Shown here in pieces: positions 36,480 to 48,499 of a stretch of 51,654 bases of DNA. Every line of letters starts with the position of its first letter. Position 1 is the stretch's first letter. The notes below the pieces were generated by a model, which was given only the letters and a program-made list of their open reading frames with translations, had not been told where the DNA came from and did not search any database. This DNA is from Clostridia bacterium. GTDB taxonomy: Bacteria; Bacillota; Clostridia; Oscillospirales; CAG-272. The position numbers and the translations under genes are program-made. Location of the stretch: positions 1 to 51,654 of the forward strand of contig JAFTME010000153.1 in NCBI GenBank assembly GCA_017452545.1, written 5' to 3'.

Positions 36480-37577
36480 ATGAAACGAAAATTGACGGTC
36501 ACCGCCTTGGTGGTTCCTCTTCTGATCGCCGCGCTGCTGCTGATTCCCCTGCTGGGAGCCGCCGTTGTCGGTGAGCACCGCTACGAGCGGCATCATCCTG
36601 CCTATACCGGGCACCTGCGTGCACGGCTGCTGGGGGATGAGGAGTGGCTCGCGCAGGCGGACAGAGAGGAGCTTGCTGTGGGAGGAGAGAGTGGCGTGAT
36701 CAACGTACTGGTTCTCGGACGCGACCGCGCGGCCGGCTTGACCGACGTGATGATGCTGGTATCGCTGGATGCAAACAATCAAGCATTGCGCGTATTGCAG
36801 CTGCCCCGCGACACTTACGCCGATTATACCTCCGCTTCTTATAAAAAGCTCAATGCCGCCTACGCCAAGCTTGGGGGCAGAGGGCTGGTTGAATTTTTAA
36901 ATCACCATATGGGCATCCCCGTGGATCGCTACGTCTGCATCGATCTTTCCGTGTTCGGAGAGGTCGTGGATAGCATTGGCGGCGTCAAGGTCAACGTTCC
37001 TGCCGATATGGATTATGATGACCCGGCGCAATCGCTGCACATCCATCTCAAGGCAGGGGAGCAGGTGCTCAACGGTGAGCAGGCGCAAATGTTTGTTCGC
37101 TTCCGTTCGGGCTATGCGCTGGCAGACGTCGGACGGATGGACGCACAAAAGCTGTTTTTATCCTCGCTGGCGAGTCAGCTTAAAAGCAGTATGACGGCAT
37201 CACGGGCAATCGATCTTGCCTGCAGCTGCTTCGGCAAGGTCAAGACCGATCTGACGCTGCGGGAGTGTGTTTCCTGTGTCAAATCGCTCATGAGCGTGGA
37301 GCTCTCCTCCATGCATATGGCAACATTGCCCGGCGCATCTGCTGAACCGCGGGGTGGCGGCGCGTGGTATTATATTCTCAACCGTGCCGCAACCGAGCAG
37401 CTTTTGACGGATACCTTTGGGCAGCACGTAGCCTTTGATCCCGACGGTGTGTTTACCAATGCCAAAAAAAGCGGCTACGAGGCCATCTATCGCGCTCCCG
37501 CTGAGCGCTATCTCCCGCGCACACACAATGCGGAGGAGATGCTGAACGGATCTCTTGAGATCCAAAGAATCTCGTGA
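36480..37577 (+). CDS. LytR-CpsA-Psr (LCP) family protein
   Basis: N-terminal TM. INVLVLGRDRAAGLTDVMMLVSLD...LQLPRDTY...RFRSGYALADVGR. Confidence 0.85.
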   Translation: MKRKLTVTALVVPLLIAALLLIPLLGAAVVGEHRYERHHPAYTGHLRARLLGDEEWLAQADREELAVGGESGVINVLVLGRDRAAGLTDVMMLVSLDANNQALRVLQLPRDTYADYTSASYKKLNAAYAKLGGRGLVEFLNHHMGIPVDRYVCIDLSVFGEVVDSIGGVKVNVPADMDYDDPAQSLHIHLKAGEQVLNGEQAQMFVRFRSGYALADVGRMDAQKLFLSSLASQLKSSMTASRAIDLACSCFGKVKTDLTLRECVSCVKSLMSVELSSMHMATLPGASAEPRGGGAWYYILNRAATEQLLTDTFGQHVAFDPDGVFTNAKKSGYEAIYRAPAERYLPRTHNAEEMLNGSLEIQRIS

Positions 37578-37652
37578 AATTTCATTCTCTCTCGCTGCGA
37601 CTGCTGCGGGAAGAGAATACATATAACATCAAACGAAAGGAAACATAGTGGA

Positions 37653-38099
37653 ATGTACGATAATATTTTGATCCCTCATACCGATGCAGATGCCGTTCTC
37701 TCGGATGAAGAATATGCCAAGCTTCCCACGCTGGCAGGACAGACGCCCGAGGCCCTGGCAAACGCCATCGCTGAGGTGCTGGACAGCCGTCGCGGCAAGG
37801 ATGTCAAGGTGATCTGCGTGGAGGATAAAACCGAGATTGCAGAGTATTTTGTGCTGTGCACGGGTAATTCCAGCACACACGTAAAGTCGCTCATGGGCGA
37901 GGTCGAGCACAAGATCGCGCTGCGTGGCGTTGAGCCCCATCACGTCGAGGGCAGAGATAACAGCGCTTGGATCATCGCGGATTACAGCCACGTGCTGGTT
38001 CATGTGTTCAGCCGTGAGGCGCGCGAATTTTATAATCTGGATAAGCTGTACGGTGACGGATACTCCCCCAAGACTGAGGGTACGATGCTTGCCGACTGA
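37653..38099 (+). CDS. rsfS: Ribosomal silencing factor RsfS
   Basis: AEYFVLCTGNSSTHVKSL...WIIADYSHVLVHVFSREAREFYNLDKL. Confidence 0.9.
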   Translation: MYDNILIPHTDADAVLSDEEYAKLPTLAGQTPEALANAIAEVLDSRRGKDVKVICVEDKTEIAEYFVLCTGNSSTHVKSLMGEVEHKIALRGVEPHHVEGRDNSAWIIADYSHVLVHVFSREAREFYNLDKLYGDGYSPKTEGTMLAD

Positions 38100-38143
38100 T
38101 TATAATAAAATTTCTTATATAGACAGAAAGGAACCGATCTCCG

Positions 38144-40546
38144 ATGAAGTACAATGTTTCTGAGATTGAAAGCAAATGGCAAAAGAAATGGGATGACGCA
38201 GGCGTGTTCTGCGCCAAGGACGGTGACCCCCGCAAGAAGTTTTATGCGCTGGTCGAGTTCCCGTATCCCTCCGGTGCAGGTATGCACGTAGGTCATATCA
38301 AGGCCTATTCCGGACTGGAGGTCATCTCCCGCAAGAGAAGAATGCAGGGCTATAACGTCCTGTTCCCGATCGGCTTTGACGCTTACGGTCTGCCCACCGA
38401 GAACTATGCCATCAAGACGGGCATTCATCCCCGTCAAGTCACGGATAAGAATATCGAGAAATTCTCCTCGCAGCTGCGCCGCGTCGGCTTTTCCTTCGAT
38501 TGGAATCGCGTGATCGACACCACGCAGGAGGATTATTATAAGTGGACGCAGTACATATTCCTCAAGCTGTTTGAGAATGGTCTTGCGTTCCGTGATACTG
38601 CGCTGGTCAACTATTGCCCTACCTGTAAGGTCGTTCTCTCCAACGAGGACTCGCAGGGCGGCAAGTGCGACATCTGCCACAGTGACGTTATCCAGAAGTC
38701 CAAGGACGTCTGGTATCTGCGCATCACCGAATATGCGGATAAGCTGCTGCAGGGGCTGGATACGGTCGACTATCTGCCTAACGTTACCCAGCAGCAGGTC
38801 AACTGGATCGGTAAGTCCACCGGTGCGTTCGTCAACTTTACCGTTGCCGGCACCGAGGAAACGCTGCGCATCTATACCACCCGTTGCGATACGCTCTTTG
38901 GTGTAACCTTTATGGTCATCGCTCCCGAGCATCCTCTAATCGATCAGATGGCGGATCGCATCAACAACATGGATGCCGTGCTCGCTTATCGCGCCGAGTG
39001 TGCCAAGAAGACTGAGTTTGAGCGTACGCAGCTGGTCAAGGATAAGACGGGTGTTTGCCTTGACGGCTTGCGCGCAGTCAATCCCGTCAACGGCAAGGAG
39101 ATCCCCATCTTCATTGCAGACTACGTTATGATGGGCTACGGCACGGGTGCCATTATGGCAGTTCCCGCGCATGACGAGCGCGACTGGGCGTTCGCAAAGA
39201 AGTTTGGCGTTGATATCGTCGAGGTTATCAAGGGCGGTAACATCGAGGAGGGCGCCTATGCAGGCGACGGTGAGATGGTCAACTCCGATTTCCTCAACGG
39301 CTATACCAACAAGAAGGACTCCATTGCCCGTATGCTCGAATACCTCAAGGAAAAGGGCATTGGCGAGATGGGCGTTCAGTATAAGATGAAGGACTGGGCA
39401 TTCAACCGTCAGCGTTACTGGGGTGAGCCCATTCCGATCGTACACTGCCCTAAGTGCGGCATGGTTCCCGTACCCTATGAGCAGCTGCCGCTGCGCCTGC
39501 CTAACGTCACCGAGTTTGCCCCCGGTGAGGGCGGCGAGAGCCCGCTGGCAAAGATCGAGGAGTTCGTCAACTGCGAGTGCCCCAAGTGCGGCGGTAAGGC
39601 GCGCCGTGAGACCGACACCATGCCCCAGTGGGCAGGCTCGTCCTGGTATTTCCTGCGCTATATCGATCCCAATAACGATAGCTGCATCGCCGATCCCGAA
39701 AAGCTGAAGTACTGGCTGCCCGTTGACTGGTATAACGGAGGCATGGAGCACGTAACCCGCCATATGATCTACTCCCGCTTCTGGCACCACTTCCTGTACG
39801 ATATTGGTGAGGTTCCCACTGCAGAGCCCTACGCCAAGAGAACGGCACAGGGTCTGATCCTGGGTCCCGACGGTGAGAAGATGAGTAAGTCCAAAGGCAA
39901 CGTCGTTGACCCCAACGAGGTCGTTGACGTGTACGGAGCAGATGTTCTGCGTACCTATATCCTGTTTATGGGCGATTACGGCAGTGCGGCTCCCTGGTCG
40001 GAAAATGGCGTTAAGGGCTGCAAGCGCTTCCTTGAGCGCTTTGCCGATGCTTACGATCTTATCAGCGGTAAGCCCATGTCTGCAAAGCTGGAGTCTGCGA
40101 TCCACAAGACGGTCAAGAAGGTGTCCGAGGACCTTGAGGAGATGAAGTTCAATACTGCCATCGCTGCAATGATGGGTCTGCTCAACGACATCTACGCTGA
40201 GGGCAATATCACCAAGGACGCTTACAATATGCTGGTGCGTCTGCTTTGCCCCATCGCGCCTCACCTTTGCGAGGAGCTGTGGGAGACCATGGGCGGCAAG
40301 GGCTTCTGTGCGCTGGCACCTTGGCCCGAGTACGACGAGGCGAAGACGATCGACGCTGAGATCGAGCTGCCTGTTCAGATCAACGGTAAGGTGCGCGGAA
40401 AGATCACCGTCGCAGCCGACGCTGCCAAGGAGGATATTCTTGCCGCAGCCAAGGCAAATGCTGGCGTCGCGGCTGCCATCGAGGGCAAGACTCTGATCAA
40501 GGAGATCCTGGTTCCCGGCAAGCTGATCAGCTTGGTCGTAAAATAA
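38144..40546 (+). CDS. leuS: Leucine--tRNA ligase
   Basis: 800 aa. HIGH-type motif PYPSGAGMHVGH and KMSKS motif present. Confidence 0.96.
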   Translation: MKYNVSEIESKWQKKWDDAGVFCAKDGDPRKKFYALVEFPYPSGAGMHVGHIKAYSGLEVISRKRRMQGYNVLFPIGFDAYGLPTENYAIKTGIHPRQVTDKNIEKFSSQLRRVGFSFDWNRVIDTTQEDYYKWTQYIFLKLFENGLAFRDTALVNYCPTCKVVLSNEDSQGGKCDICHSDVIQKSKDVWYLRITEYADKLLQGLDTVDYLPNVTQQQVNWIGKSTGAFVNFTVAGTEETLRIYTTRCDTLFGVTFMVIAPEHPLIDQMADRINNMDAVLAYRAECAKKTEFERTQLVKDKTGVCLDGLRAVNPVNGKEIPIFIADYVMMGYGTGAIMAVPAHDERDWAFAKKFGVDIVEVIKGGNIEEGAYAGDGEMVNSDFLNGYTNKKDSIARMLEYLKEKGIGEMGVQYKMKDWAFNRQRYWGEPIPIVHCPKCGMVPVPYEQLPLRLPNVTEFAPGEGGESPLAKIEEFVNCECPKCGGKARRETDTMPQWAGSSWYFLRYIDPNNDSCIADPEKLKYWLPVDWYNGGMEHVTRHMIYSRFWHHFLYDIGEVPTAEPYAKRTAQGLILGPDGEKMSKSKGNVVDPNEVVDVYGADVLRTYILFMGDYGSAAPWSENGVKGCKRFLERFADAYDLISGKPMSAKLESAIHKTVKKVSEDLEEMKFNTAIAAMMGLLNDIYAEGNITKDAYNMLVRLLCPIAPHLCEELWETMGGKGFCALAPWPEYDEAKTIDAEIELPVQINGKVRGKITVAADAAKEDILAAAKANAGVAAAIEGKTLIKEILVPGKLISLVVK

Positions 40547-40560
40547 TTCAAAATTATGAT

Positions 40561-40604
40561 TGCGCAAAAAGGGTAAAGCGCAAATGCCTGCCTTTTTTGC
40601 GCGA
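40561..40604 (+). terminator. Hairpin after leuS (possible terminator)
   Basis: GCGCAAAAAGG ... CCTTTTTTGCGC long stem. There is no separate T-tract after it. Confidence 0.4.
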
Positions 40605-40652
40605 TTTCATGAAAAAAGTTAGCAAAATCCAAGAAAAAAGCTGCGAAAGCTA

Positions 40653-40681
40653 TTGACAAATACTACAAAATCGTGTATAAT
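40653..40681 (+). promoter_or_regulatory. Consensus sigma-A promoter of rpsU
   Basis: TTGACA (40653-40658), 17 nt spacer, TATAAT (40676-40681). Confidence 0.7.
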
Positions 40682-40747
40682 ATACGGGTGATTTCCCCAA
40701 GATGAGCAAATGTCTCTTGGAAATGCGAGGGGAGGGAAAAAGAAACC

Positions 40748-40924
40748 ATGGCTGAAGTTAGAGTTAAGGAAGGCGAGTCTTTGGACAGCGCTCTTCGCCG
40801 CTTTAAGCGTCAGTGCGCTCGTTCCGGTGTTCTTGCTGAGCTCCGTAAGAGAGAGTGCTACGAAAAGCCCAGCGTAAAACGTAAGAAGAAGTCTGAGGCT
40901 GCAAGAAAGCGCAAGTATAAGTAA
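40748..40924 (+). CDS. rpsU: 30S ribosomal protein S21 (58 aa; below the ORF-track cutoff)
   Basis: Hand translation gives [68 protein letters not shown] lies upstream. Confidence 0.93.
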   Translation: MAEVRVKEGESLDSALRRFKRQCARSGVLAELRKRECYEKPSVKRKKKSEAARKRKYK

Positions 40925-40938
40925 TATGCTTTGCCAGA

Positions 40939-40967
40939 GCAGGTGCCGTTTCGGCACCTGCTTTTTG
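40939..40967 (+). terminator. Intrinsic terminator after rpsU
   Basis: GCAGGTGCC-GTTTC-GGCACCTGC followed by TTTTTG. Confidence 0.85.
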
Positions 40968-41005
40968 CTTTATATGATGAGAGAAAATATATTTTCTCTT
41001 TTTTA

Positions 41006-41034
41006 TTGACATTTATCCGAAAATATGATATAAT
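41006..41034 (+). promoter_or_regulatory. Consensus sigma-A promoter
   Basis: TTGACA (41006-41011), 17 nt spacer, TATAAT (41029-41034), with a TGA extended -10. Confidence 0.7.
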
Positions 41035-41086
41035 CATAATACCGAAGGTGGAGTATTCCGCTAAATTGTAGAAAGAGGTTTATATC

Positions 41087-41320
41087 ATGAAAAGCTTGAT
41101 TAACGCAATGGATAATCTTCCTAAGCTCATTAAGTTGATTCTCTGCATCCCTGCTGTCGCAATCGTTTGGATGATCTATCGTTTGTGCTGTAGTTTGGAT
41201 AAGGGCAATGTTGTTGGTATCGTACTTGCAATCGTATTGCTCTTTGTCGGTATTCCTTTCATGTGGCTGATCGATTTGGTCTGCATTTTGCTCGGTGGTA
41301 GAGTTTGGTGGATTGACTGA
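41087..41320 (+). CDS. Hypothetical small membrane protein (77 aa, 2 TM)
   Basis: Has its own consensus promoter, an RBS (AGAGG) and a terminator. TM segments LIKLILCIPAVAIVWMIY and VVGIVLAIVLLFVGIPFMWLI. Confidence 0.7.
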   Translation: MKSLINAMDNLPKLIKLILCIPAVAIVWMIYRLCCSLDKGNVVGIVLAIVLLFVGIPFMWLIDLVCILLGGRVWWID

Positions 41321-41331
41321 TATTTTTACAT

Positions 41332-41365
41332 AAAAAACGCTGTGCATCCGCACAGCGTTTTTTAT
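41332..41365. terminator. Bidirectional terminator
   Basis: AAAAAACGCTGTGC-ATCC-GCACAGCGTTTTTTATTT lies between convergent genes. Confidence 0.85.
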
Positions 41366-42304
41366 TTACAGCACCTGTTGATAAACCTCGTTTTTCGGTA
41401 CGCCGCGGTCATGTGCGGCAGCCTTGATGGCGTCGTTTTTACGCATACCCTGCGCCATGTAGTGCTCTACGTGCTCGGGAACGGACATACTTGCCCAAAA
41501 GGCATCCTCGGTGCATTCCTTCTCCGATGCTCCCTCAATAACCAATACGTATTCGCCGCGAGGATCGTTTTCCTCATAATGCGCGATCGCCTCGGCGAGC
41601 GTCAGTCGCAGGATTTCTTCGTTTTTCTTGGTCAGCTCGCGGCAAAGCGCCACGCGGCGGTCGGGACCAAAGGCGGCGGCAAGGTCGGTAAGTGTTGCGC
41701 GCAGCTTGTGCGGTGCCTCGTGCAGCAGCATGGTGCGCACCTCGCGTGCCAATACGGCAAGGCGCTCGCGGCGCTCTGCCTTATTGGTGGACAAAAAGCC
41801 CTCAAAGCAAAAGCGCCCTGTCGGAAGCCCGGAAAGCGTCAGTGCGTCAATCCCGGCACAGCAGCCCGGAACACCCGTGACGGGGATCCCGTTTGCTGCA
41901 CATAAAACGACCAGATCCTCTCCCGGGTCGGAGATCGCAGGTGTTCCGGCGTCGGTGATCAGTGCACAGGATTCTCCCGCTGCAAGACGGGCGACGATCT
42001 CCTCGCCGCGCTCTCGCTTGTTGTGCTCAAAATACGACACCAGCGGCTTGGTGATGCCGAGATAGGTCAGCAGTCGCACCGAGTTTCTCGTGTCCTCTGC
42101 GGCAATAAAATCGACCTCTGCGAGCGTTTTGATGGCGCGCAGCGACAGATCGTCCAGATTGCCGATGGGGGTGGCAACCAGATACAGCGTACCGCCCTCG
42201 ATCTTGTTTTTATCCTCGCGTGCAGTTCCGATTAGCGACGCGAGCGAGCCCTCCTCACCGCCTGCATCGGGGTGGGGAAGTGCCGTTTGCTTAAAGGAGC
42301 TCAT
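41366..42304 (-). CDS. rsmI: 16S rRNA (cytidine1402-2'-O)-methyltransferase RsmI
   Basis: GTLYLVATPIGNLDDLSLRA...IAAEDTR...ITDAGTPAISDPG. About 38 aa N-terminal extension if the first ATG is used. Confidence 0.88.
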   Translation of the reverse strand: MSSFKQTALPHPDAGGEEGSLASLIGTAREDKNKIEGGTLYLVATPIGNLDDLSLRAIKTLAEVDFIAAEDTRNSVRLLTYLGITKPLVSYFEHNKRERGEEIVARLAAGESCALITDAGTPAISDPGEDLVVLCAANGIPVTGVPGCCAGIDALTLSGLPTGRFCFEGFLSTNKAERRERLAVLAREVRTMLLHEAPHKLRATLTDLAAAFGPDRRVALCRELTKKNEEILRLTLAEAIAHYEENDPRGEYVLVIEGASEKECTEDAFWASMSVPEHVEHYMAQGMRKNDAIKAAAHDRGVPKNEVYQQVL

Positions 42305-42391
42305 GGTATAGACCTACCTTTCTTTGGGAGATAGCAACATTTTCCTCCGTATTTGCATACAATGGAATACCAACCGTAGGAGGAACGTCAG

Positions 42392-42955
42392 ATGGCAATT
42401 AAGATCTACATAGATCAAGGACATAATCCCGTCAACCCCAACGCAGGAGCGGAGGGCAACGGGCTGCGTGAGCAGGATATCGTTTATACCATCGGGCAGG
42501 AGCTTGCCGCGCTGCTGCGCGCCAACGGAAACTTCGATGTGCGTCTTTCCCGTCCTACGCCCGATACGCAAGTAGGCACCTCGCTCACCACCAGCCTGAC
42601 CACTCGTGTGCAGGAGGCGAATGCATGGAATGCCGATTATTTCATCAGCCTGCATACCAACGCCTCCGATCTGTCCGCTGCCAGCGGCAGCGAGGCATAT
42701 GCCTACGCCCGTCCGTCTGAGGCGTTTACGTTGGGAGAGCATATTCTGGAGCAGCTTTCTGCCGTTACAGGGCTGCCCAATCGCGGAATGCGTGTGCGCA
42801 CCAATCTGTACGTGCTGCGCCGCACCGCCATGCCTGCCGTGCTCGTTGAGCTCGGATTTATCACCAATCCCGGAGATGCAGCGCTCATGTCGCAGCAGCC
42901 GCAGCTGTTTGCGCAGGGCGTATATCGTGGGATCTTACGGTATCTTGGGCTGTAA
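42392..42955 (+). CDS. N-acetylmuramoyl-L-alanine amidase (Amidase_3, CwlD-like), no obvious signal peptide
   Basis: IYIDQGHNP...ANAWNADYFISLHTNAS...LYVLRRTAMPAVLVELGFITNPGDA. Confidence 0.85.
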   Translation: MAIKIYIDQGHNPVNPNAGAEGNGLREQDIVYTIGQELAALLRANGNFDVRLSRPTPDTQVGTSLTTSLTTRVQEANAWNADYFISLHTNASDLSAASGSEAYAYARPSEAFTLGEHILEQLSAVTGLPNRGMRVRTNLYVLRRTAMPAVLVELGFITNPGDAALMSQQPQLFAQGVYRGILRYLGL

Positions 42956-42960
42956 TGGAG

Positions 42961-45054
<2,094 letters not shown>

Positions 45055-45201
45055 TTACCAATTTTTCGTGACTTTGTCAATGCCGAACGAAAAAATATAA
45101 CATTTTGAACGAAAAAGAGGGCTCGTAAGAGAAAAATATTACCGCAAAAATGTGCATCTTGCACGAATGTTGAACAAAATTTTAATTTTTCATAGAAGAT
45201 A

Positions 45202-45230
45202 TTTACAAGCCGCCGAAACTGTGGTATAAT
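45202..45230 (+). promoter_or_regulatory. Sigma-A promoter of hpf
   Basis: TTTACA (45202-45207), 17 nt spacer, TATAAT (45225-45230), with a TGTG -16 motif. Confidence 0.65.
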
Positions 45231-45301
45231 AAAAGCGGAAAGGGAAGAGGTTTTCCTTGAGCTTTCCGATATCCAATTCTTCAACTAAAGGAGGAAATAC
45301 C

Positions 45302-45826
45302 ATGAAATTGAACGTAATCGGCCGCAAATTGAATGTCTATGAGGAAACCAAGACGTTAATTGCCAAGAAATTGGAGAAGCTGGATAAGTTCTTTGCCGAA
45401 GAAGGCGAGGCAACGGTGACCTTGTCTCGCAAGCGCGGCGTTTCCACCATTGAGGTTACCATCAATGCCGGCGGCACGCTGTTCCGCAGTGAACAGGATG
45501 CAGATGATTTCCGTGTGGCACTGGATCGCTGTGTGGATATCATCGAGCGTCAGATCCGAAAGAACAAGACGCGCCTTGCCAAGCGCCTCCGCACCGCGGT
45601 CGTTCCCGATATGGTCGCTTTTTCCGAGGAGGAAGAAGACGAGGAGCTGCTGATCCGTACCAAGGAATTTTCCGTTAAGCCCATGTCCGTTGACGAGGCG
45701 ATCCTGCAGATGAACCTGCTTGGTCACGATTTCTATGTGTATGCCGATGACGGCGACGGCAAGATCCACGTTGTTTACCGTCGTAAGGACGGCAACTACG
45801 GTCTGATCATCCCGCATACGGATTGA
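45302..45826 (+). CDS. hpf: Ribosome hibernation promoting factor (long HPF)
   Basis: ATG follows AAAGGAGG. MKLNVIGRKLNVYEETKTLIAKKLEKLDKFF.... C-terminal dimerisation domain KPMSVDEAILQMNLLGHDFYVY...VVYRRKDGNYGLI. Confidence 0.92.
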   Translation: MKLNVIGRKLNVYEETKTLIAKKLEKLDKFFAEEGEATVTLSRKRGVSTIEVTINAGGTLFRSEQDADDFRVALDRCVDIIERQIRKNKTRLAKRLRTAVVPDMVAFSEEEEDEELLIRTKEFSVKPMSVDEAILQMNLLGHDFYVYADDGDGKIHVVYRRKDGNYGLIIPHTD

Positions 45827-45866
45827 TCCTTCTTGCAAGTTTAACGAATGGAAGATGTAATAAAAT

Positions 45867-45913
45867 GCCCCTGCGGAATGTATGTCTATATGCGCCGCAG
45901 GGGCGCTCTTTTG
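45867..45913 (+). terminator. Intrinsic terminator after hpf
   Basis: GCCCCTGCGG ... CCGCAGGGGC followed by GCTCTTTTG. Confidence 0.7.
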
Positions 45914-46019
45914 CCGATTTGTTGCTTGCTCTTGGGGCTTTTTGTGAAAAAGAACGATTTTTTGCTTAACAAGCACCGCTTTTTCGGTGTTTTGAAAATG
46001 AAAGTTTTTTCTTCCGTAC

Positions 46020-46048
46020 TTGCATTTTTATTCACGGTGTGATATAAT
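46020..46048 (+). promoter_or_regulatory. Sigma-A promoter of asd
   Basis: TTGCAT (46020-46025), 17 nt spacer, TATAAT (46043-46048), with GTGTGA upstream of the -10. Confidence 0.55.
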
Positions 46049-46126
46049 ATATGCTATATTGGTCCATGCATTATGCGTTGGAATTTGTTGATGCGCGGCA
46101 CAGACTGCGCAGAAAGGTTGTTTGCT

Positions 46127-47203
46127 ATGGAAAAGAAGAGAGTTGGTATCGTTGGCGCGACCGGTATGGTCGGTCAGAGATTTTTGACGCTGCTGGACGG
46201 TCACCCTTATTTTGAGGTGACTGCGCTTGTAGCAAGCCCCCGTACGGCAGGCAAGCCCTACGCCGAGGCTGTGGGCGACCGCTGGAAGATGAGCACCCCC
46301 ATTCCCGCAGGCATGGGCGAGATGATCGTTATGGACTCCTCCGATATCGCTGCCGTTAAGGAAAAGGTTGATTTCGTGTTCTGCGCCGTTGATATGAAGA
46401 AGGACGAGGTCAAGGCACTGGAGGAGGCATATGCCAAGGCGGAAATCCCCGTCGTTTCCAATAACTCCGCTAACCGCTGGACGCCCGACGTGCCCATGGT
46501 CATTCCGGAAATCAATGACAATCACTTTGCCGTTATCGAGGCACAGAAGAAGAGACTTGGTACCAAGCGCGGCTTTATCGCTGTTAAGCCCAACTGCTCC
46601 ATCCAGTCCTATGTTCCCGCACTGACGCCTCTGCGTGAGTTTGGCATTGAGTTGATCGTTGCTACCACTTATCAGGCGATTTCGGGTGCAGGTAAAACCT
46701 TCAAGGATTGGCCCGAAATGATCGACAACGTCATTCCTTACATCGGTGGCGAGGAAGAGAAGAGCGAGCAGGAGCCGCTGCGCGTTTGGGGTAAGGTTGA
46801 GGACGGCACGATCGTCAAGGCCGATGCTCCGCTGATCACCACGCAGTGCATCCGCGTTCCCGTTTCCGACGGTCATACCGCTGCCGTGTTTGTCAAGTTC
46901 AAGAACAAGCCCACCAAGGAGCAGATCCTGGACGCATGGGCAAAATTCTCGGGCAAGCCCCAGGAGCTGGGTCTGCCTCATGCACCCGAGCAGTTCATCA
47001 CCTATTTTGAGGAGGATAACCGTCCTCAGGCAGCCCTCGACCGCGATATTTACGGCGGTATGGGCGTGACGGTCGGCAGACTGCGCGAGGATACCTATTT
47101 TGACTATAAGTTTGTTTGTCTGTCTCACAACACGCTGCGCGGCGCAGCCGGCGGCGGTCTGCTGACGGCAGAGCTGCTGTATCGTCTGGGTTACTTTGAT
47201 TGA
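46127..47203 (+). CDS. asd: Aspartate-semialdehyde dehydrogenase
   Basis: MEKKRVGIVGATGMVGQRF...KPNCSIQ (active-site Cys)...SHNTLRGAAGG. Confidence 0.92.
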   Translation: MEKKRVGIVGATGMVGQRFLTLLDGHPYFEVTALVASPRTAGKPYAEAVGDRWKMSTPIPAGMGEMIVMDSSDIAAVKEKVDFVFCAVDMKKDEVKALEEAYAKAEIPVVSNNSANRWTPDVPMVIPEINDNHFAVIEAQKKRLGTKRGFIAVKPNCSIQSYVPALTPLREFGIELIVATTYQAISGAGKTFKDWPEMIDNVIPYIGGEEEKSEQEPLRVWGKVEDGTIVKADAPLITTQCIRVPVSDGHTAAVFVKFKNKPTKEQILDAWAKFSGKPQELGLPHAPEQFITYFEEDNRPQAALDRDIYGGMGVTVGRLREDTYFDYKFVCLSHNTLRGAAGGGLLTAELLYRLGYFD

Positions 47204-47205
47204 TA

Positions 47206-47241
47206 GAAAAGAGCTGTTCCTTTACGGAACAGCTCTTTTTT
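47206..47241. terminator. Bidirectional terminator
   Basis: AAAAGAGCTGTTCC-TTTAC-GGAACAGCTCTTTTTT lies between convergent genes. Confidence 0.85.
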
Positions 47242-47250
47242 ATCATGGAA

Positions 47251-48348
47251 TCAGCGATAGCGCTGCTCCTTGAGTATCATGTTGATCACATTGCCGATGC
47301 GCTCTGCCATCAGGGCAAAGCCGTGGTCGTTGGGGTGGCAGCCGTCAACGGTACAGTCGCCTTTGTCGTAGGTGCTGCCGAAAAAGCTCTCACCGTCGAT
47401 AAAATAAAGATTGCGATCGCCTTGTGCGATTCCCTCCATAAAGTGATCGTGAATGATCTTACGACGTGCGATACAATCTTTGGTCAGAAAATCAGGCTTG
47501 CTGATCATGATGTACGGCAACTCCGGATGAGTGGCGCGGACGGTTTGATACAGATTGCGATGCGTGTGGTCGAGATAGTCGAGGGAGGGTGCGTTGTGGT
47601 CGTAGTCCGAAACAAAAATCAGCGGATCGAGTGTTGCCATATAATTGACGATGGCATCCTCTGCCTTTCCGTTGCCCGAAAAGCCGAGGTTGATATGATC
47701 GACATTCAGTCGACGGGAGATCATGTTCTGATAAGACAGTCCGGGGCGGCTGGCGCATCCGCCCTGCGTGATCGAGCTACCGTAATAAACGATTGGTTTG
47801 TCGTAGGTATATGCCAACCCTGAGGCTACCTGTGCCCCCTCTTGCAGTCCGATATAAAGCTGATCGACGTTGTCGTACAGCGGGAAGTGAATGGTATAGC
47901 TGCGAAGCACGCGCTCTCCAAGATCGATCCATGCCTCAAATTCACCGCCCGTAAAGCTGTAATCCGGTGGCAGAACACCACGGAAATAACTGCCCGCCGG
48001 GGTATCGATGTACAGATCAAAGCCGGAGACGCCGCTGGTTGGCATATGGTACATGGGATGAACGGCCGGCATTTTTACTTTAATGGCGATATATGAGGAA
48101 TCGGTAGAGAAGCGGACGCGCCCTCCTGCGGTAAACGCATTCAGCGCATTGACACCGTCGCTCGTGTTTTTGGCAATCTCGGGCGGCATACGAAGAAAGC
48201 AGGTATCCCTTGACGCTTTTTGAAGCCCGTACAGCTGTATGGGAGGCAGTGCTGCGTCGTAGAAAGCAATGTCCTGTTTGGGAATATTGGTGGAGAGCTT
48301 GAGATTGGTATCAAGATCTTCGGTTTTGAATGCTTTGGGTGTCATCAT
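47251..48348 (-). CDS. SGNH/GDSL-family hydrolase (carbohydrate esterase-like) with N-terminal beta domain
   Basis: Block I VYYGSSITQGG, block V DGCHPND. 365 aa. Confidence 0.75.
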   Translation of the reverse strand: MMTPKAFKTEDLDTNLKLSTNIPKQDIAFYDAALPPIQLYGLQKASRDTCFLRMPPEIAKNTSDGVNALNAFTAGGRVRFSTDSSYIAIKVKMPAVHPMYHMPTSGVSGFDLYIDTPAGSYFRGVLPPDYSFTGGEFEAWIDLGERVLRSYTIHFPLYDNVDQLYIGLQEGAQVASGLAYTYDKPIVYYGSSITQGGCASRPGLSYQNMISRRLNVDHINLGFSGNGKAEDAIVNYMATLDPLIFVSDYDHNAPSLDYLDHTHRNLYQTVRATHPELPYIMISKPDFLTKDCIARRKIIHDHFMEGIAQGDRNLYFIDGESFFGSTYDKGDCTVDGCHPNDHGFALMAERIGNVINMILKEQRYR

Positions 48349-48391
48349 GTCGGTTAGGTGCCTTTCTTGCTGAGCAAAGTGATTTTTTTAT

Positions 48392-48421
48392 ATTATACCA
48401 CACTTCTCGGGAAGGTGTCAA
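48392..48421 (-). promoter_or_regulatory. Sigma-A promoter of the SGNH hydrolase gene
   Basis: Minus strand TTGACA (48421-48416), 18 nt spacer, TATAAT (48397-48392), with a TGTG -16 motif. Confidence 0.55.
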
Positions 48422-48459
48422 CCGTCATCCGCCGACGGAAAATAAATATTGATATAAGG

Positions 48460-48490
48460 AACGGGAGTCGATCTTACATCGACTCCCGTT
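48460..48490 (-). terminator. Terminator hairpin of the feo operon
   Basis: Perfect 13-bp stem AACGGGAGTCGAT / ATCGACTCCCGTT. The downstream tract is only moderately T-rich. Confidence 0.6.
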
Positions 48491-48499
48491 CGGTGTTGT

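Noticed and set aside
38100-38143. Possible T-box leader upstream of leuS.
   Set aside because: The rsfS-leuS gap is only 44 nt, far too short for a T-box riboswitch (about 200 nt). leuS appears to be co-transcribed with rsfS.
45848-46042. A 64-aa ORF between hpf and asd.
   Set aside because: It runs through the hpf terminator hairpin and up to the asd promoter. It has no RBS and is not credible as coding.
46049-46126. Possible lysine riboswitch (L-box) in the asd leader.
   Set aside because: The leader is only about 78 nt from the predicted -10 to the ATG. I could not find the conserved L-box core. It is too short for the five-helix lysine riboswitch.
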